Positions 26,401 through 39,389 are shown, counted from the whole stretch's first letter. The stretch is 63,979 bases of DNA, filler included, from Octopus bimaculoides (GCF_001194135.2; 7 parts of 7 records of this genome joined end to end with filler, not necessarily neighbours in it); one strand, 5' to 3'. The notes: generated by a model from the letters alone, not told the origin. A program made the numbers and translations.

Positions 26401-28049
26401 CAAGTAATTTTATCATAATTATAGAATTTATCGTAATTGTGTCAGATCTATTGCTTTGTACGTTTAATCGTCCTCAGTCTCTCTTCGTTACGTTCAAGAA
26501 ACCACGCATTTCCAAAGTAATTTACGTGAATACATGGTGTTCTTAAGTGTTTCCACTGGAGGCGCATGTAATTGCGTTTCTTTTAACTAGGCTCTGTATC
26601 TAGAGAAGCTGAAATTAGTATGAACAAACTGAAATTAGAATAAACATAGAAATACGATGAACATTTATGTAACATATAAAGAAGAAGTGAGTTCAAATGA
26701 CAGTTTTATAAAAGAAAAACCAATTTCATATCTATTAAATTGAAATTGATATACTTTTCTAAACTAGTAAAGATTAACTTGGAAATGTTTGGAAATGCTA
26801 TTTCACTTTCTGTGAAATTTCATTATTATAGTTGTTAGGAAACACGAATAAATCCCAGTGAAATAACTATGTGAATGGGACCCTGCCTAGAAACTATACT
26901 GTACAAGTTACATTCTTATGCATTTTAAGCACCGATACTGCAGAGGCCTACGAGTGTAAATTCATTAAATAATGTAGCACAGTAATATTATTCAAGAAAA
27001 AAAAACATTTTTAATTCTTTCTACATCACATTAGTTTACTGATGATATTAACCTTATATAGAAAACGTATTATTAAGATATAATTCAATGGAAAACATTA
27101 TAATTACATTTTACAAGTAAATTACCTGAATCTAATATGATATAAAATGACGACCATATAATTTATTAGAATGTATAATTTCTCTTGCAATTTAAGACGT
27201 GTTTTCAGTTAAACATGGATGAAATATATTAATGTAGTTTATTTAATCTTCGAAGTATATTAACAGTTAATAAGCAACAATTTTTACGAGAGGAAAAAAT
27301 GGTAAAAATACCGAAAGAATTGTAGAAAAAATATTTTAATTCCATTCTAAATATGTTAGACTTCTGGCATAAAACCCTGCCAAGCATGCATTAGAATACA
27401 TAAAGAGAATCAGAAAAAGAAATTAATGGTTGGGGTAGTTGGAATTCCTATCTGTCTTCCTGACACCTATTGCAAGCGCAAGGAAGTTGCTTTGATTAAT
27501 GATACACTCTTATGTTATTCGTACAAGAAATTTAACATAAACGTGATTCACTTCTGCAATGCAAAAGCCAAGAACACTTATTACACAAATGATTTATAAC
27601 TTGCTAGTAGGAACTATGCATGTGTCTAACACTGACGTTAGAAGAATTACTAAAGCGTTCTACTATTAGTGTGGATTTTCTTCTAGAGTATTCGAGTTAT
27701 TTTAACGAATCTAGATTACTATAAAGGCTATGCATGCAGATGCTTAGATAACATATTAAAAGTTTTCTAACATACGAAAACTTGTGTGAAACATTAATCA
27801 CCTGGATTAAACTGTCAATCCTTCCTAATAATAAACAAACTTTAGTGACAATTCTGCAAGTGATGAAATGAAATAGTAAATGTCTATGTTTCTTGAACCA
27901 CACTGATTAATACAGATCATACCACAAATTGTGTTTTATTTTGCGGGAGGAATATGGTGGATGTTCTAACGAATGCAGGCCCCTGAGAATAATGGGGTCG
28001 ATGGAATGAATACTAAGTTTCAACGTCTATATGGAAATATAGGCAAAAG

Positions 28050-28870
28050 GGATGTTCCAGACTGTATATATCTAGGTGGGAAATGTGTAAATGAGCTTAA
28101 TACAGACTCACCGGATTTGTGATGAGACAGACAGTAAAGGTAATGTGCAAGGCATTGGGTTAGAATAATTGTAGATACATTGCAGCATGCTACGTCATAG
28201 GATACTAAAAGTAAATGTGTCTGTAGTCAGAAGAATAGAGAATGGACCTTTGTTTGACATTTCTTTACCTGTAAAATTAGTAATATTTTCGCGTTGTAAT
28301 TAGTTTTGCTCGCAGTTTGCTTGCAAGATTTGTGTTGAGATATCGTGTGGGGTTTGTGGAGGGTAATTTAGCGAAGGTGAGCTGTATTTTGAGGAATTTT
28401 AATTGTCTTTTGCTTATGATTATTTTGTGTATTACGAATTCTTGTTTTATTATTGGGTCCTTTCTTAAAAGTCAAATGGTGAGGTGGATAATGTTGTAAA
28501 CCTCTGCGCTTTGGGGGTTGTATTTTGTAATAAATTGTAGAGTATTGGGCATATCTGAAGTTAATTTTTCCTTGTTCATGAATATCTATTGCCTTGGTAT
28601 GTTCTATTCTGTTCTCCATTAACATTGATGGATGTTGTCTTTCAAGCAGTATTTGTTTTAATTTTATTACGAGTTTCTTACTTTGAAACAATTGTGCAGA
28701 TTCTTCTTGCAATATTAAACAGAATATTAGTATCCGTGTGTTTGGAATGGCATGAGGAAAACATCAGGTTGTGTTTAGAATCTGCTGGATTATAATGAGT
28801 TTCCGTTTCCGTTTCCATGTTTGTGTCCATTTTGATGATTATAATGTCCAGGAATGCCATTGTTTATGCT
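28050..28870 (-). mobile_element. Penelope-like element relic
   Basis: FLDIIIIK..ETHYNPADSKHNLMFSSCHSKH..NIARRICTIVS matches the PLE RT thumb and parallels the 19727-19993 ORF. Confidence 0.85.
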
Positions 28871-29884
28871 GTTAATTATGGCAAAATGTATGCGTCAGTA
28901 GAACCAGTCAGATATCTAAGCAACATTTCCAGTTTTCTAGTAAATATTTATAATAATCCAAGCCGTATTTTAATTTAAATTGTTCATATATCTGGACCTC
29001 CATGTATGCCATGACCAAATTGGCATAATTTGGAGTAAATTTTGCAACCATCTCAATCCCAGATATTTGTTTGTAAATGTTGTCATTAAACTATTTAAAA
29101 ACAATTTAAAAACAATTGCTTACAGGGATGGATTTTAATAATTCTGTGATGGAACATATGTGCAAAAATTAAATCCCACAAATCTCAAGTCTTCCTAAGT
29201 TTTAATACCACAGATGAAACACGATTAGACATTCATACGAAAATACAAACCACGACCGAATTAATATCAACATTATATATACGCCAACAGCTACTCAAAC
29301 GAAAACACGTCCCGCCATATTGAATTTAGGTGGCCAAATCTGGGCACAATCATAACATTTCCTCGCATGACGCTAATGCACGAATTTAGTGAAGACCAAA
29401 ATTTTATGCCTACATAGATTCATCCTCTTGATATAATAAATTTGCAAAGTTTCGATTTTTGCAACTCGCAACAGTCACATGTTCTAAAAACAGGACAGTT
29501 TTAACTTTTGGGTTATTTTTCTTGCCTTGACTTATGTACAACAGATAAGTTCCCAAATTTGTGACTCTTTCCACTTTACTTTTATTCAAACAATACCACA
29601 ATTCAAACACGAATAAAGAAAATATATTTGCACAAAGGTACAAACCCCAACCTAAATAACATCAACAAAACACAGCAACACTAATCCGCGGAAACTAAAA
29701 AAAGGCCTAACAGAATTTAATGATTACATACAAATATTTCCTGTCTAGTTTACCATTTGACAGAGCAAACTGAGCCTTGCTTGCCTAGGAGTGTCATTAG
29801 ATAAGTTCATTTAACCGTGTCAGCCTCAGCTTTCGACTCCAAAATATTGTTACATGACATTAATGCACGCAGCGGAGAACTTAC

Positions 29885-29913
29885 AAAATTATTTCCGCTA
29901 TGTTTCCTCTCGC
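29885..29913 (-). other. Candidate 29-nt exon
   Basis: Minus strand: tactttattccag|GCGAGAGGAAACATAGCGGAAATAATTTT|gtaagt, strong splice signals on both sides. Confidence 0.3.
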
Positions 29914-29933
29914 CTGGAATAAAGTAGCATAAT

Positions 29934-29985
<52 letters not shown>

Positions 29986-30029
29986 NNNNNNNNNNNNNNN
30001 NNNNNNNNNNNNNNNNNNNNNNNNNNNNN

Positions 30030-30041
30030 TTAATTAATTAA
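30030..30041. other. Assembly spacer TTAATTAATTAA inside an N gap
   Basis: Identical 12-mer between N runs at 30030, 36693, 42518, 45196, 49198 and 57008. Confidence 0.9.
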
Positions 30042-30085
30042 NNNNNNNNNNNNNNNNNNNNNNNNNNNNNNNNNNNNNNNNNNNN

Positions 30086-30169
<84 letters not shown>

Positions 30170-30180
30170 GTAATAATAAT

Positions 30181-30360
30181 AACATCGAAAAATACCCTAG
30201 GAATGAGAATCCAGGTTCGAAATTTCCCCAAGACACCTGATGAAGGGTGGAGGGTATATCAGCCGAAACGTTGTGTTAACAACAAAGAAGATGAGGACAG
30301 ATGTCCGTCGAATGTAAATAATGTACATAATTCCTAATCTTTTAAATATTGAAAAGTATT
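30181..30360 (+). mobile_element. Short non-coding Penelope-derived repeat following (AAT)n
   Basis: Carries a minimal hammerhead of PLE type; no ORF. Confidence 0.6.
30232..30277 (+). ncRNA. Minimal type I hammerhead ribozyme
   Basis: Stem I GACAC/GTGTT, core CTGATGA (30237-30243), stem II GGgTG/CAGCC with one mismatch, GAAA (30265-30268), palindromic ACGT stem III, GUU site. Confidence 0.8.
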
Positions 30361-30820
30361 CGTTTGTTGAATTCTGTCTGACAAAATTATAATTTGGTAA
30401 CTGTTTGAGAAATATAGATTAGATGGAGTTTCATCTAACACAAACTCAGTGGTATGTTGAAGATGCTTACCTGTAATTATATCAGTTACGATATCAGATC
30501 CCGCCAGGATAGACTGTGCTTCCCTTTATTCGAGATCGATCAAATAATTACTAGTTGAATAAGTACCAGGGTTAAAAAAATAAGTATACGGGTCAAATAA
30601 TTCGAATAAAATTCTAAGGTGGTGCCCCAGCATGGCCGCACTTTAATGACTGAGAGAAGTAGAAGAATAAAAGAGTAAAAGAGTACATTTAGCTTGAGAT
30701 AATCTATCATACTGTTCCCTTAAAACATCTGACTCTACGTCTATGTTATGATATCAAAGGAGATACGCGAATTTCTAATACTTTGGTCTCGTTACTCATA
30801 TTCTTAATTCTTGTCCTTAA

Positions 30821-31342
30821 GGCGGCGAGCTGGCAGGAACGTTAGGACGTCGAGTGAAATGCTTATTGGTATTTCGTCTGCCACTGCGTTCTGAGTTCAA
30901 ATTCCGCCGAGGTCGACTTTGCCTTTCATCCTTTCGGGGTCGATAAATTAAGTACCAGTTGCGCACTGAGGTCGATGCAATCGACTTAATCCGTTTGTCT
31001 GTCCTTCTTTGTCCCCTCTATGTTTAGCCCCTTGTGGGCAATAAAGAAATAAGAAACGTTAGCACGCCGGGCGATATGTTTAGCGGTATTTCGTTTGTCT
31101 TTACGTTCTGAGTTCAAATTCCGCCGAGGTCGATTTTGCCTTTCATCCTTTCGGGGTCGCTAAATTAAGTACCAGTTGCGTACTGAGATTAATCCATTCG
31201 ACTGGCCCCCTCTCCAAACATTTCGGGCCTTATGCCTAGAGTAGAAAAGAATATATTAAAGGCGGCGAGCTGGCAGAAACGTTAGCACGCCGGGCGAAAT
31301 GCTTAGCGGTATTTCGTCTGCGTTGTGCCTAGATTAGAAAAG
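30821..31342 (+). mobile_element. Composite SINE family A trimer with 15-bp TSD
   Basis: Three head-to-tail units. AATTCTTGTCCTTAA at 30806-30820 and 31343-31357. Confidence 0.85.
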
Positions 31343-31925
31343 AATTCTTGTCCTTAACAATTGTAAAGTGAAAAATATTTGTGGATTCATAAGTTTTGGG
31401 GATCACTTATTGCTTGGTTTTCTCCATTAGTAACGTAATTAAGCTTGGACACGGCTTAGATATTGATGTCTAAATTTTTGGGAGAATCTCACGATGACTA
31501 ATCCATTTCTATTAACAGACACAGGATAACTAAGAACGACTTATGATAGAACGTTGTATGATAGAACAAGTGGAGCTACAAAGAAAATATGGTATGATAT
31601 TTGGTTATTTCTATTTTTGGTCAGCTTTTAAATCATCTCTTCGTGGTTTAAAATTTAGTTTTCTTCCTTCTGTGATTGATCAATATAAGTATCAGTATTA
31701 TTGTAGGAAAGGAAAATGTAACTTCAATAAGTGTCAATGGGGTTTTAAAAAAACAATTTGCAAACGAAAATGCTCTTAACTTATTAACCATCTGGTATGT
31801 GCATTGAAAGTATAAGACACACAGAAGAATAATCTTTAGGAAAGTAAACAAAATACAAAAGGGAATTATTCTTAAAAAAGATTGAACAGATAATGTGCGT
31901 GTGTGTCTGTGTGTATGTGTATATG

Positions 31926-31968
<43 letters not shown>

Positions 31969-32103
31969 GTATGTGTATAGATATGTGTGTCTCTGTGTCT
32001 GTGCGTCTGTGTGTATGCGTGTTAGTGTGTGTGACTGTCTGTGCATCTGTGTGTCTGTGTGTGTATGTGTTTGTGTCTGTGCGTCTGTATGCATGTATAT
32101 ATG

Positions 32104-32146
<43 letters not shown>

Positions 32147-32196
32147 GTATATATGCATATATACAAATATATTTGTGTGTGTGCGTGCGCGCGCGC

Positions 32197-32236
<40 letters not shown>

Positions 32237-33039
32237 AATATTTAAGCAAAACTCGAAAATAGTACAAACGTTGAAAATACAATGCCGTGAAAAGCAGAAT
32301 CCTTAGAAAAGTACAATTATCTTTCAAATCAATTCAAGAAGATGGACATTTACTGCATCAAGCTTATGGCAGAATCTTATGGGGAACGGGCGATCGGGAG
32401 AGGATGAAAATAATATCTGAAATTTGATATTTTTCCATGCCATTAAAACGAACGCTGACATAAATGGGAAGAAAATACTACTTAACATAAAGATGAATTT
32501 TGAAAAGTCTTGAAGAACGTCAAGAAACTTCAATAATTAAATAAATCGTTTGAATATAAGTGTTAGCAACAATGTTGTAGAACTCACCTGGTTCATGTCT
32601 ATGATTGACATCAAGTAAGTCAGTCGTACAGAATGTTGCAAATTATGGGGAATAATTTATCTGGTATTGTTATGCTTTATATATTACATGCTTTTCTACT
32701 GAATAGGTGCTGCTGAAATTACAGTGCGTTCAATATATTCACATGTGTTATTTATCCCATCAAATACGCTAATCTTTCTGCATGACTTTTCCCACTGAAG
32801 CTAAATCCATCAAATCAATTAACAACGAATGAACGAACGAGTTACAGAGTTTCAACGTGAACATATGAACTGCTAGAAAATGGTGGCCATATCTCCTTCA
32901 ACTTTACAGATTATCCTCTTAAGAAAAGTAGGACATATTAGATAAGAAATGGATTGGTCATAGGGAGAACAGGATTGTTCTGATAGGTCTACTTCATCAC
33001 AGCTAAATCGGGGCGGGTTAAACACAAGCACCAGAACTA

Positions 33040-33170
33040 ATCGTGGTACTCCGTCGGTTACGACGACGTGGGTTCCAGTTGATCCAATCAATGAAACAGG
33101 CTGCTCGTGAAATTGAAGTGCAAGTAGCTGAGCACTCCACAGACACGTGTACGCTTAACGTAGTTCTCCC
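33040..33170 (+). mobile_element. SINE family B
   Basis: Reverse-complement match to 42640-42812; a degenerate copy lies at ~40905-41040. Confidence 0.75.
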
Positions 33171-34284
33171 TCCGATATAAATTATATTTTTTTAAATAGT
33201 ATATCCTTAAAAGATGTTATCTCTGCCCGAATGTTGCGGTAAATTGCCTTCCAAATAAGTATTTACATTCAATATCATATATAGCTTTTCTAACTTAATA
33301 CTTCTTCTATTGCATATAATAATTGCTGTTAAAGTATATATATTCCCTTTAATATAAGAATCATTTGATATAAAGGGCAGATATTTTATACGCATGTTAT
33401 TGGCATACTTTTTTCATGTAGTATCAAAACTAAATTTAGTTATGCATTAAGAAAAAAAATAAACGAGTATCTTTCAGTGTACAATTTGCCTGCTAGAAAT
33501 GCCATCTGCCGCCCCTCACCAATTCACATCCAACGAGATTTATGGAAGGGTAGATCGGTTTTCCTATATTTCAAATGGCATTTGTTCAGAGATCTATCTA
33601 TAAGATCGACTGCAACGAAATATTGCTGGAACAATTTCATAGCACATTGAGGAAGTACTTTTGCAGAGAAATGTTATTAACATATTAACCAGTTGGTATA
33701 TACATTCCGAATAAGACACGTTGAAGAATTATCTTCGAAAATGTAAACAAAATGCAGAGGGGAATTGTTCATAGAAAAGATAGCTTAGATAATACCTGCA
33801 TGCACATATTCATACACACACGCGCACACACACACACATACACACTCACACACACACACATATATATATATATATACATATATAGATAGATAGATGGATA
33901 TATATANNNNNNNNNNNNNNNNNNNNNNNNNNNNNNNNNNNNNNNNNNNNNNNNNNNNNNNNNNNNNNNNNNNNNNNNNNNNNNNNNNNNNNNNNNNNNN
34001 NNNNNNNNNNNNNNNNNNNNNNNNNNNNNNNNNNNNNNNNNNNNNNNNNNNNNNNNNNNNNNNNNNNNNNNNNNNNNNNNNNNNNNNNNNNNNNNNNNNN
34101 NNNNNNNNNNNNNNNNNNNNNNNNNNNNNNNNNNNNNNNNNNNNNNNNNNNNNNNNNNNNNNNNNNNNNNNNNNNNNNTATATATATACACATACATATA
34201 TACATGTATATATATATATGTGTGTCCATGTATATATATATATGTGTGTGTGTTTGTTTGTGTGTGTGTGTGTATGTGTGTGTA

Positions 34285-34322
<38 letters not shown>

Positions 34323-34814
34323 TGTGTGTGCGTGTGTGTGTGTATACTACAAACGCGGAAAATACTGTAACACAAAAAAAATAGAGTTGAAAAAGTACAA
34401 GAATTGTTAAGGGAATATAAAATATTTAAAAAATGCTATTTTCTGCAGCAAGTAATGATAGAATGGTATAGGAAAGAGAATATTCGAGAAAGAGCAGAAA
34501 AGAAATACACAATTTCTGAAATTTCGAATTTTCATAGCATAAAAATGAATGCTTGGAGAGTTAAATAGATTTAAGACAAAGATAGTTTCACAACGTGAAG
34601 TAAATAACTGTGGAGAGATCTCTTGGAAAGAAACAATATTCTCTCACTATAAACGTATATATGTATATTTTAATTGTTTAATAACAGTGTTAGCAGCAAT
34701 CTTGTGAACACCAAAATTATTACATCTTTACAGATATTTTATTGTTAGTTTTAAAACCTAGTTCAATTTTGACAAAGATAGAACTAAGAATAGGCGCCAT
34801 TTTAATAATGAGCA

Positions 34815-35255
34815 TATAGGAGTGGCTGCGTAGTAAGAAACTTCGTTCCCAGTCACATGCCTCCGGTTTCAGTTCCATTGCGTTGCACCATGGGCAAGTG
34901 TCTTGTATTTATACCATAGCGCAAAGCCGACCAAAGCCTTGGGAGTGGAACTGATAGATGGAAACTGAAAGAAGCCAGTTGCATATGTGTGTATACGTGT
35001 TCGTGTGTGTGTGTGTGTGTGTATGTGTGTGTGTGTGTGTGTCTTTGTGTCGGTGTTTGTCCCCTACCACTAATTAACAATTGGTGTCTGTGTATTTAGG
35101 TCCCCGTAAATTAACGGTTCGCCAAAAAAACAGCGATAGATTAAGTACCAGGCTTGAAAAATATATAATAACTACTGGGATCCATTCGTCCGTCTCAAAA
35201 TTCTTCAAAGCATCGTCCCAGGATGGGCACAGTTTAATTACAGTAGGAAAAGATA
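34815..35255 (+). mobile_element. SINE family C (tRNA head, internal (TG)n, 3' tail)
   Basis: Collinear with 44000-44410. Confidence 0.8.
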
Positions 35256-35630
35256 AAGGATATCATACTTTCTCCTAAAATAATGTATCCCTGATAACAC
35301 TAGCTAATAGATTTCTTCATATCTCGGTTGGATGAGGTTTTGATGGTAAGTTCCATGCATCACTGGTATTTCTAGCAGGCAGACTGTCCACATAAAGTCC
35401 ATGTAATTGTTGATTTTCGATAGTTAATTTTTATTCACGTTTTGATGCTTCTATAAACAAATATGCCAATACTAACGTAATTATACAAATGTAATTATAT
35501 ACGCATGCGTATGTGAGTGTGAGAGTGTGTTTCTATAAATTATTTACTCTTGAATCTAAAGATATATTAAAGTACATCTATTTATCTATCTCTATCTCTC
35601 AATCTATCTATCTATATATTCATACATGTA

Positions 35631-35688
<58 letters not shown>

Positions 35689-35692
<4 letters not shown>

Positions 35693-36465
35693 AAAGAAAA
35701 ATATATAAAAACTCACAGGAGGTTTGTATAATAAAATTTATGCTAATATTAATATCATTAATGAAACAAAGAGTTGTATTACAACATTATATGATAGAAT
35801 AAACTACGAGTACCGGTTTTGCGTCTTACGCTTATCAAACTTTTTCAAAGTCTCAGTTTTAACTCATGAGGACGCCATTTTTGTTGTTGACAATAATTTT
35901 TGCAGTCAAGGGATGTAACTCTTCAATTTGTCTGAAACATATTGACGTATGTGCTAAACAATTGCAACCACAGTTCTATATATATTCTTTCTGTACAAAT
36001 TTGCTGACTGGATCTCAACACAAGCTCGTCTTAATAAAGAAGCGTCATTCCTCCAGAAATATAAACAAGAAACGAACATTAATTCATTTTAGTAACAACC
36101 AACCCCCACTAGAACAGAACAACAATCAATTATTCTCTCCACCCTTGAAATATTTGTAAATAACCCCTTAAAACTTGTGTATATATGTCACATATCTGTA
36201 TACATTAAGAATATGTCCAAAGATCCTAACAATACTTTGAAAGTAACTTGTAATTTTCAGATAAATTGAAGACTTACGAAAATTATTGTCCTCGAATTAA
36301 AACTGAGACTTTGGAAGTTTTTTGATAAGCGTAAGACGCGAAACCGGTACTCCTAGTTTATTATATAATGTTGTAATACAACTCTTTGTTTCATTATGAT
36401 ATTAATATTACCGTAAATTTTATTATACAAACATCCTGTGCGTTTTTACATATTTTTCTTTCTTA
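35689..36465 (+). mobile_element. 5'-truncated Penelope-like element with inverted pseudo-LTR
   Basis: ~185-bp inverted repeats at 35689-35873 and 36288-36465. The interior reads like the end of a GIY-YIG domain (KHIDVCA..FYIYSF..RLNKEASFLQKYK). Confidence 0.8.
36314..36352 (+). ncRNA. Minimal hammerhead-like motif, U3:A8 variant
   Basis: TTGATAA-GCGT-AAG-ACGC-GAAA-CCGG-TA-CTC: perfect 4-bp stem II and palindromic ACCGGT. Stem I junction disturbed by a T run. The inverted copy at ~35808-35843 has GAAA->AAAA. Confidence 0.55.
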
Positions 36466-36793
36466 AATAACTACAACCACGTGTAAACAAGATCTGAAAC
36501 ATTTGTGTTTACTGTACTCGTTTATCATTTTGTCTACGCTTTGTTTGCAATGTCCTGTACTCAGATATGCATCTATATATACAGGTAGATTTAAGTATGT
36601 ACATACATGTACGTATATATGCTTATATTCATTTATTATTTGTATTATNNNNNNNNNNNNNNNNNNNNNNNNNNNNNNNNNNNNNNNNNNNNTTAATTAA
36701 TTAANNNNNNNNNNNNNNNNNNNNNNNNNNNNNNNNNNNNNNNNNNNNTATATATATATATATATATATTTACACACACACACACGTATGTTA

Positions 36794-36828
<35 letters not shown>

Positions 36829-37192
36829 TGTATGTGTATGCGTGTGTGTATATATATATCTAGTGTATATGTTTTATGTAGATGTATAGGTTTGTATGTA
36901 TGTCTGCATGCATATATACATGTATGTATGTATGTATGTATGTATGTATGTACGTATACACATGCATGTAGAGAATCACTTGACGGATCACCCCTGCAGT
37001 CTACTCCACCTGAAGACTCATCGCTCCAGACCATGGTGAATATGAATATTATTTATATAATTGGGTTAGTATGTGTTGTGTGTTGATATTTTTAAAAGTT
37101 TAAAGAATAACGAAAATAACAATATCTAAAGTTAGCTGAAGCAACAATAATTATAGAGAGTGTATTACAAAACACACCGTTAAATAAAGAAA

Positions 37193-37236
37193 TTATGATG
37201 ATGATGATGACGACGACGACGACGATGACGAGGATA

Positions 37237-37293
<57 letters not shown>

Positions 37294-37306
37294 CAACAAC
37301 AACAAT
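37193..37306. repeat. (GAT/GAC)n-(CAA)n microsatellite
   Basis: Direct reading. Confidence 0.95.
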
Positions 37307-37309
37307 AAT

Positions 37310-37465
37310 GGTTTCAAATTTTGCCACAAGGGCAGCAATTTTGGGTGGAGAGGACGAGTCGATTACATCGACCCCAGTGATCAACTGGTACTTATTTTAT
37401 CAACCCCTAAAGGATGAAAGGTAAAGTCAACCTCAGAACGTGAAGACGGACGAAATACCGCTAAA
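37310..37465 (-). mobile_element. SINE family A, internally deleted
   Basis: gtcgattacatcgaccccagtg..ggtacttattttatc core. Confidence 0.75.
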
Positions 37466-37489
37466 GCACTACAAAAAAAAAAAAACTAA

Positions 37490-38190
37490 CAAGAAATGAT
37501 GATAAACATGTTCCAAACACGGTACATGACAACGACCAGGCCACAGTCATCTGGGATATGCCTGTTCAAACTGACAAAGGAATCAAAGTTAACCGCCCAG
37601 ACATAACAATCAAGGACTAGAAAAAAACACCTGCTTACTGATACACATTGCAGTCCCTTCTGACAAAATATTGCCCAAAAAAGAAGTGGAGAAACTGTCA
37701 AAGTACAAAGACCTCGAAATTGAAGTATTCGAGATGTGGAGCATGACGGTGAAAACAATACCAGTAATAAATGGAGCATTGGATATTGTAAAAAAAAAAG
37801 CATATGAACAAAAACGTAGAAGCTATACTTGGACCCTCAATACTACACACTATCCAAAAAATAGTCCGGCTAGGCACAGCCCACATCCTACGCAAGACGC
37901 CATCAATTCATCCACAAACACAAGATACACTCTATACAGTAAATAACCAATAAAATAACCAACCACCACAACATGTGCTCTACTGGCCGGATACCCAACA
38001 GAAGAACACAAATCGCATTACACGCACAACACACAATACAAACACTTATATAACAAAAGACTGCAACCAAATCCCGTAACAAAACAAACTGATGCAATAC
38101 AATACCGGGAAGGGTTTGCGCTTCCCCAACAACGAAAAATAAACACAATGCTGCACACACCCTAGAAACATGAAATGATAATAATAAACA
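37490..38190 (+). mobile_element. R4/Dong-like non-LTR retrotransposon 3' end (second family)
   Basis: VIWDMPVQTD..NRPDI, AVPSD..KKEVEKLSKYKDL, IPVINGAL. Ends in a short (TAA)n. Confidence 0.85.
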
Positions 38191-38260
38191 CCATGTTTCA
38201 AAATGAACTGAAGTTACATATATGGAAAATTATATTGTAAATGACACAGTACTAAAAAGC

Positions 38261-38315
<55 letters not shown>

Positions 38316-38637
38316 TGTTATAAACACATTGCTAATGGTACATTTTAAAAGGGTAAGTATAGATGAAATAGACTGTGTTTCAAAATTTATTGAAGTTACA
38401 ATTGCCCAATATTTCGAAATACATGATGCATTTTAGAAAGAGGATTCTCCTGTATAATTTTTTTAAATCTCTTTTTCTTGTTTCAGTCAATGGAATGCGG
38501 CCATGCTTGGACGCCGCCTTCAAAGGCTTAAGTCGAACAAATCGATCCCAATACTGACATATTTATATCTTAATCGGGCATTTACTCTATTGTTTCATTT
38601 TGGGCGAACCGCTAGGAGATGTAGACGTAAACAAACC

Positions 38638-38827
38638 AACCTTAACCCAAGCCCTAGACCTAACCTTAAACCCTAAATTTAACACTAAACCTTAACTTTA
38701 ACTGTAAATCCTAACCCTAAACTTAAATCCTAACCGTAAACCCTAACTCTAAGCTAAACCCTTAATCCTAAACCCTAGCCCTAAACACTTAACATAAACC
38801 CTAACCGTAAACCGTAAACCCTAACCC
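38638..38827 (+). repeat. Degenerate telomere-like (CCCTAA/CCCTAAA) array
   Basis: ~190 bp of mixed 6- and 7-nt units such as accctaa, ccctaaa, ccgtaaa, ccttaa. Confidence 0.85.
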
Positions 38828-39355
38828 AGATCAGGCCATTTCACAGCGTGCACTACAGATACTACGATAGATCATACGCTTAAATAACACCAATGGGTGT
38901 ACAACCAAGACACAGCCAATGAAATAGCTGCGGTTCAAACAGGATCTAACTTGGTACCAACATTTCTCCTAGTCGGCAGTTTACTTAAGCAATTATTTCT
39001 CATGTTAATAAAAACCATTCAACAGGCTGTGCGGTAAGACGCTTGCTTCCCAACCCCATGGTTGCGGGTTCAGTCCCACTGTGCGGCAGCTTGGACAACG
39101 TAAGCGAGCAAGACAAATGAAAAGATACAAAATACGTTCTAGCGCTTTCTGAATTTTCTTGAGAACAATCTTTTCTTAGTGCTCAGATCATATGGGGTCT
39201 ACATCTAGCATAATGGATGTCCACTTATTGGCCATCCCTCTTTTATGTATGTAATATAATTTTTCTGAATCTTCAGATTTTTAAATATGCTAGGCCACTG
39301 GTTTTAAATTGATATTAAACAAACTAATATTCAATTTTCACCCTTATTATTTAAA

Positions 39356-39389
<34 letters not shown>

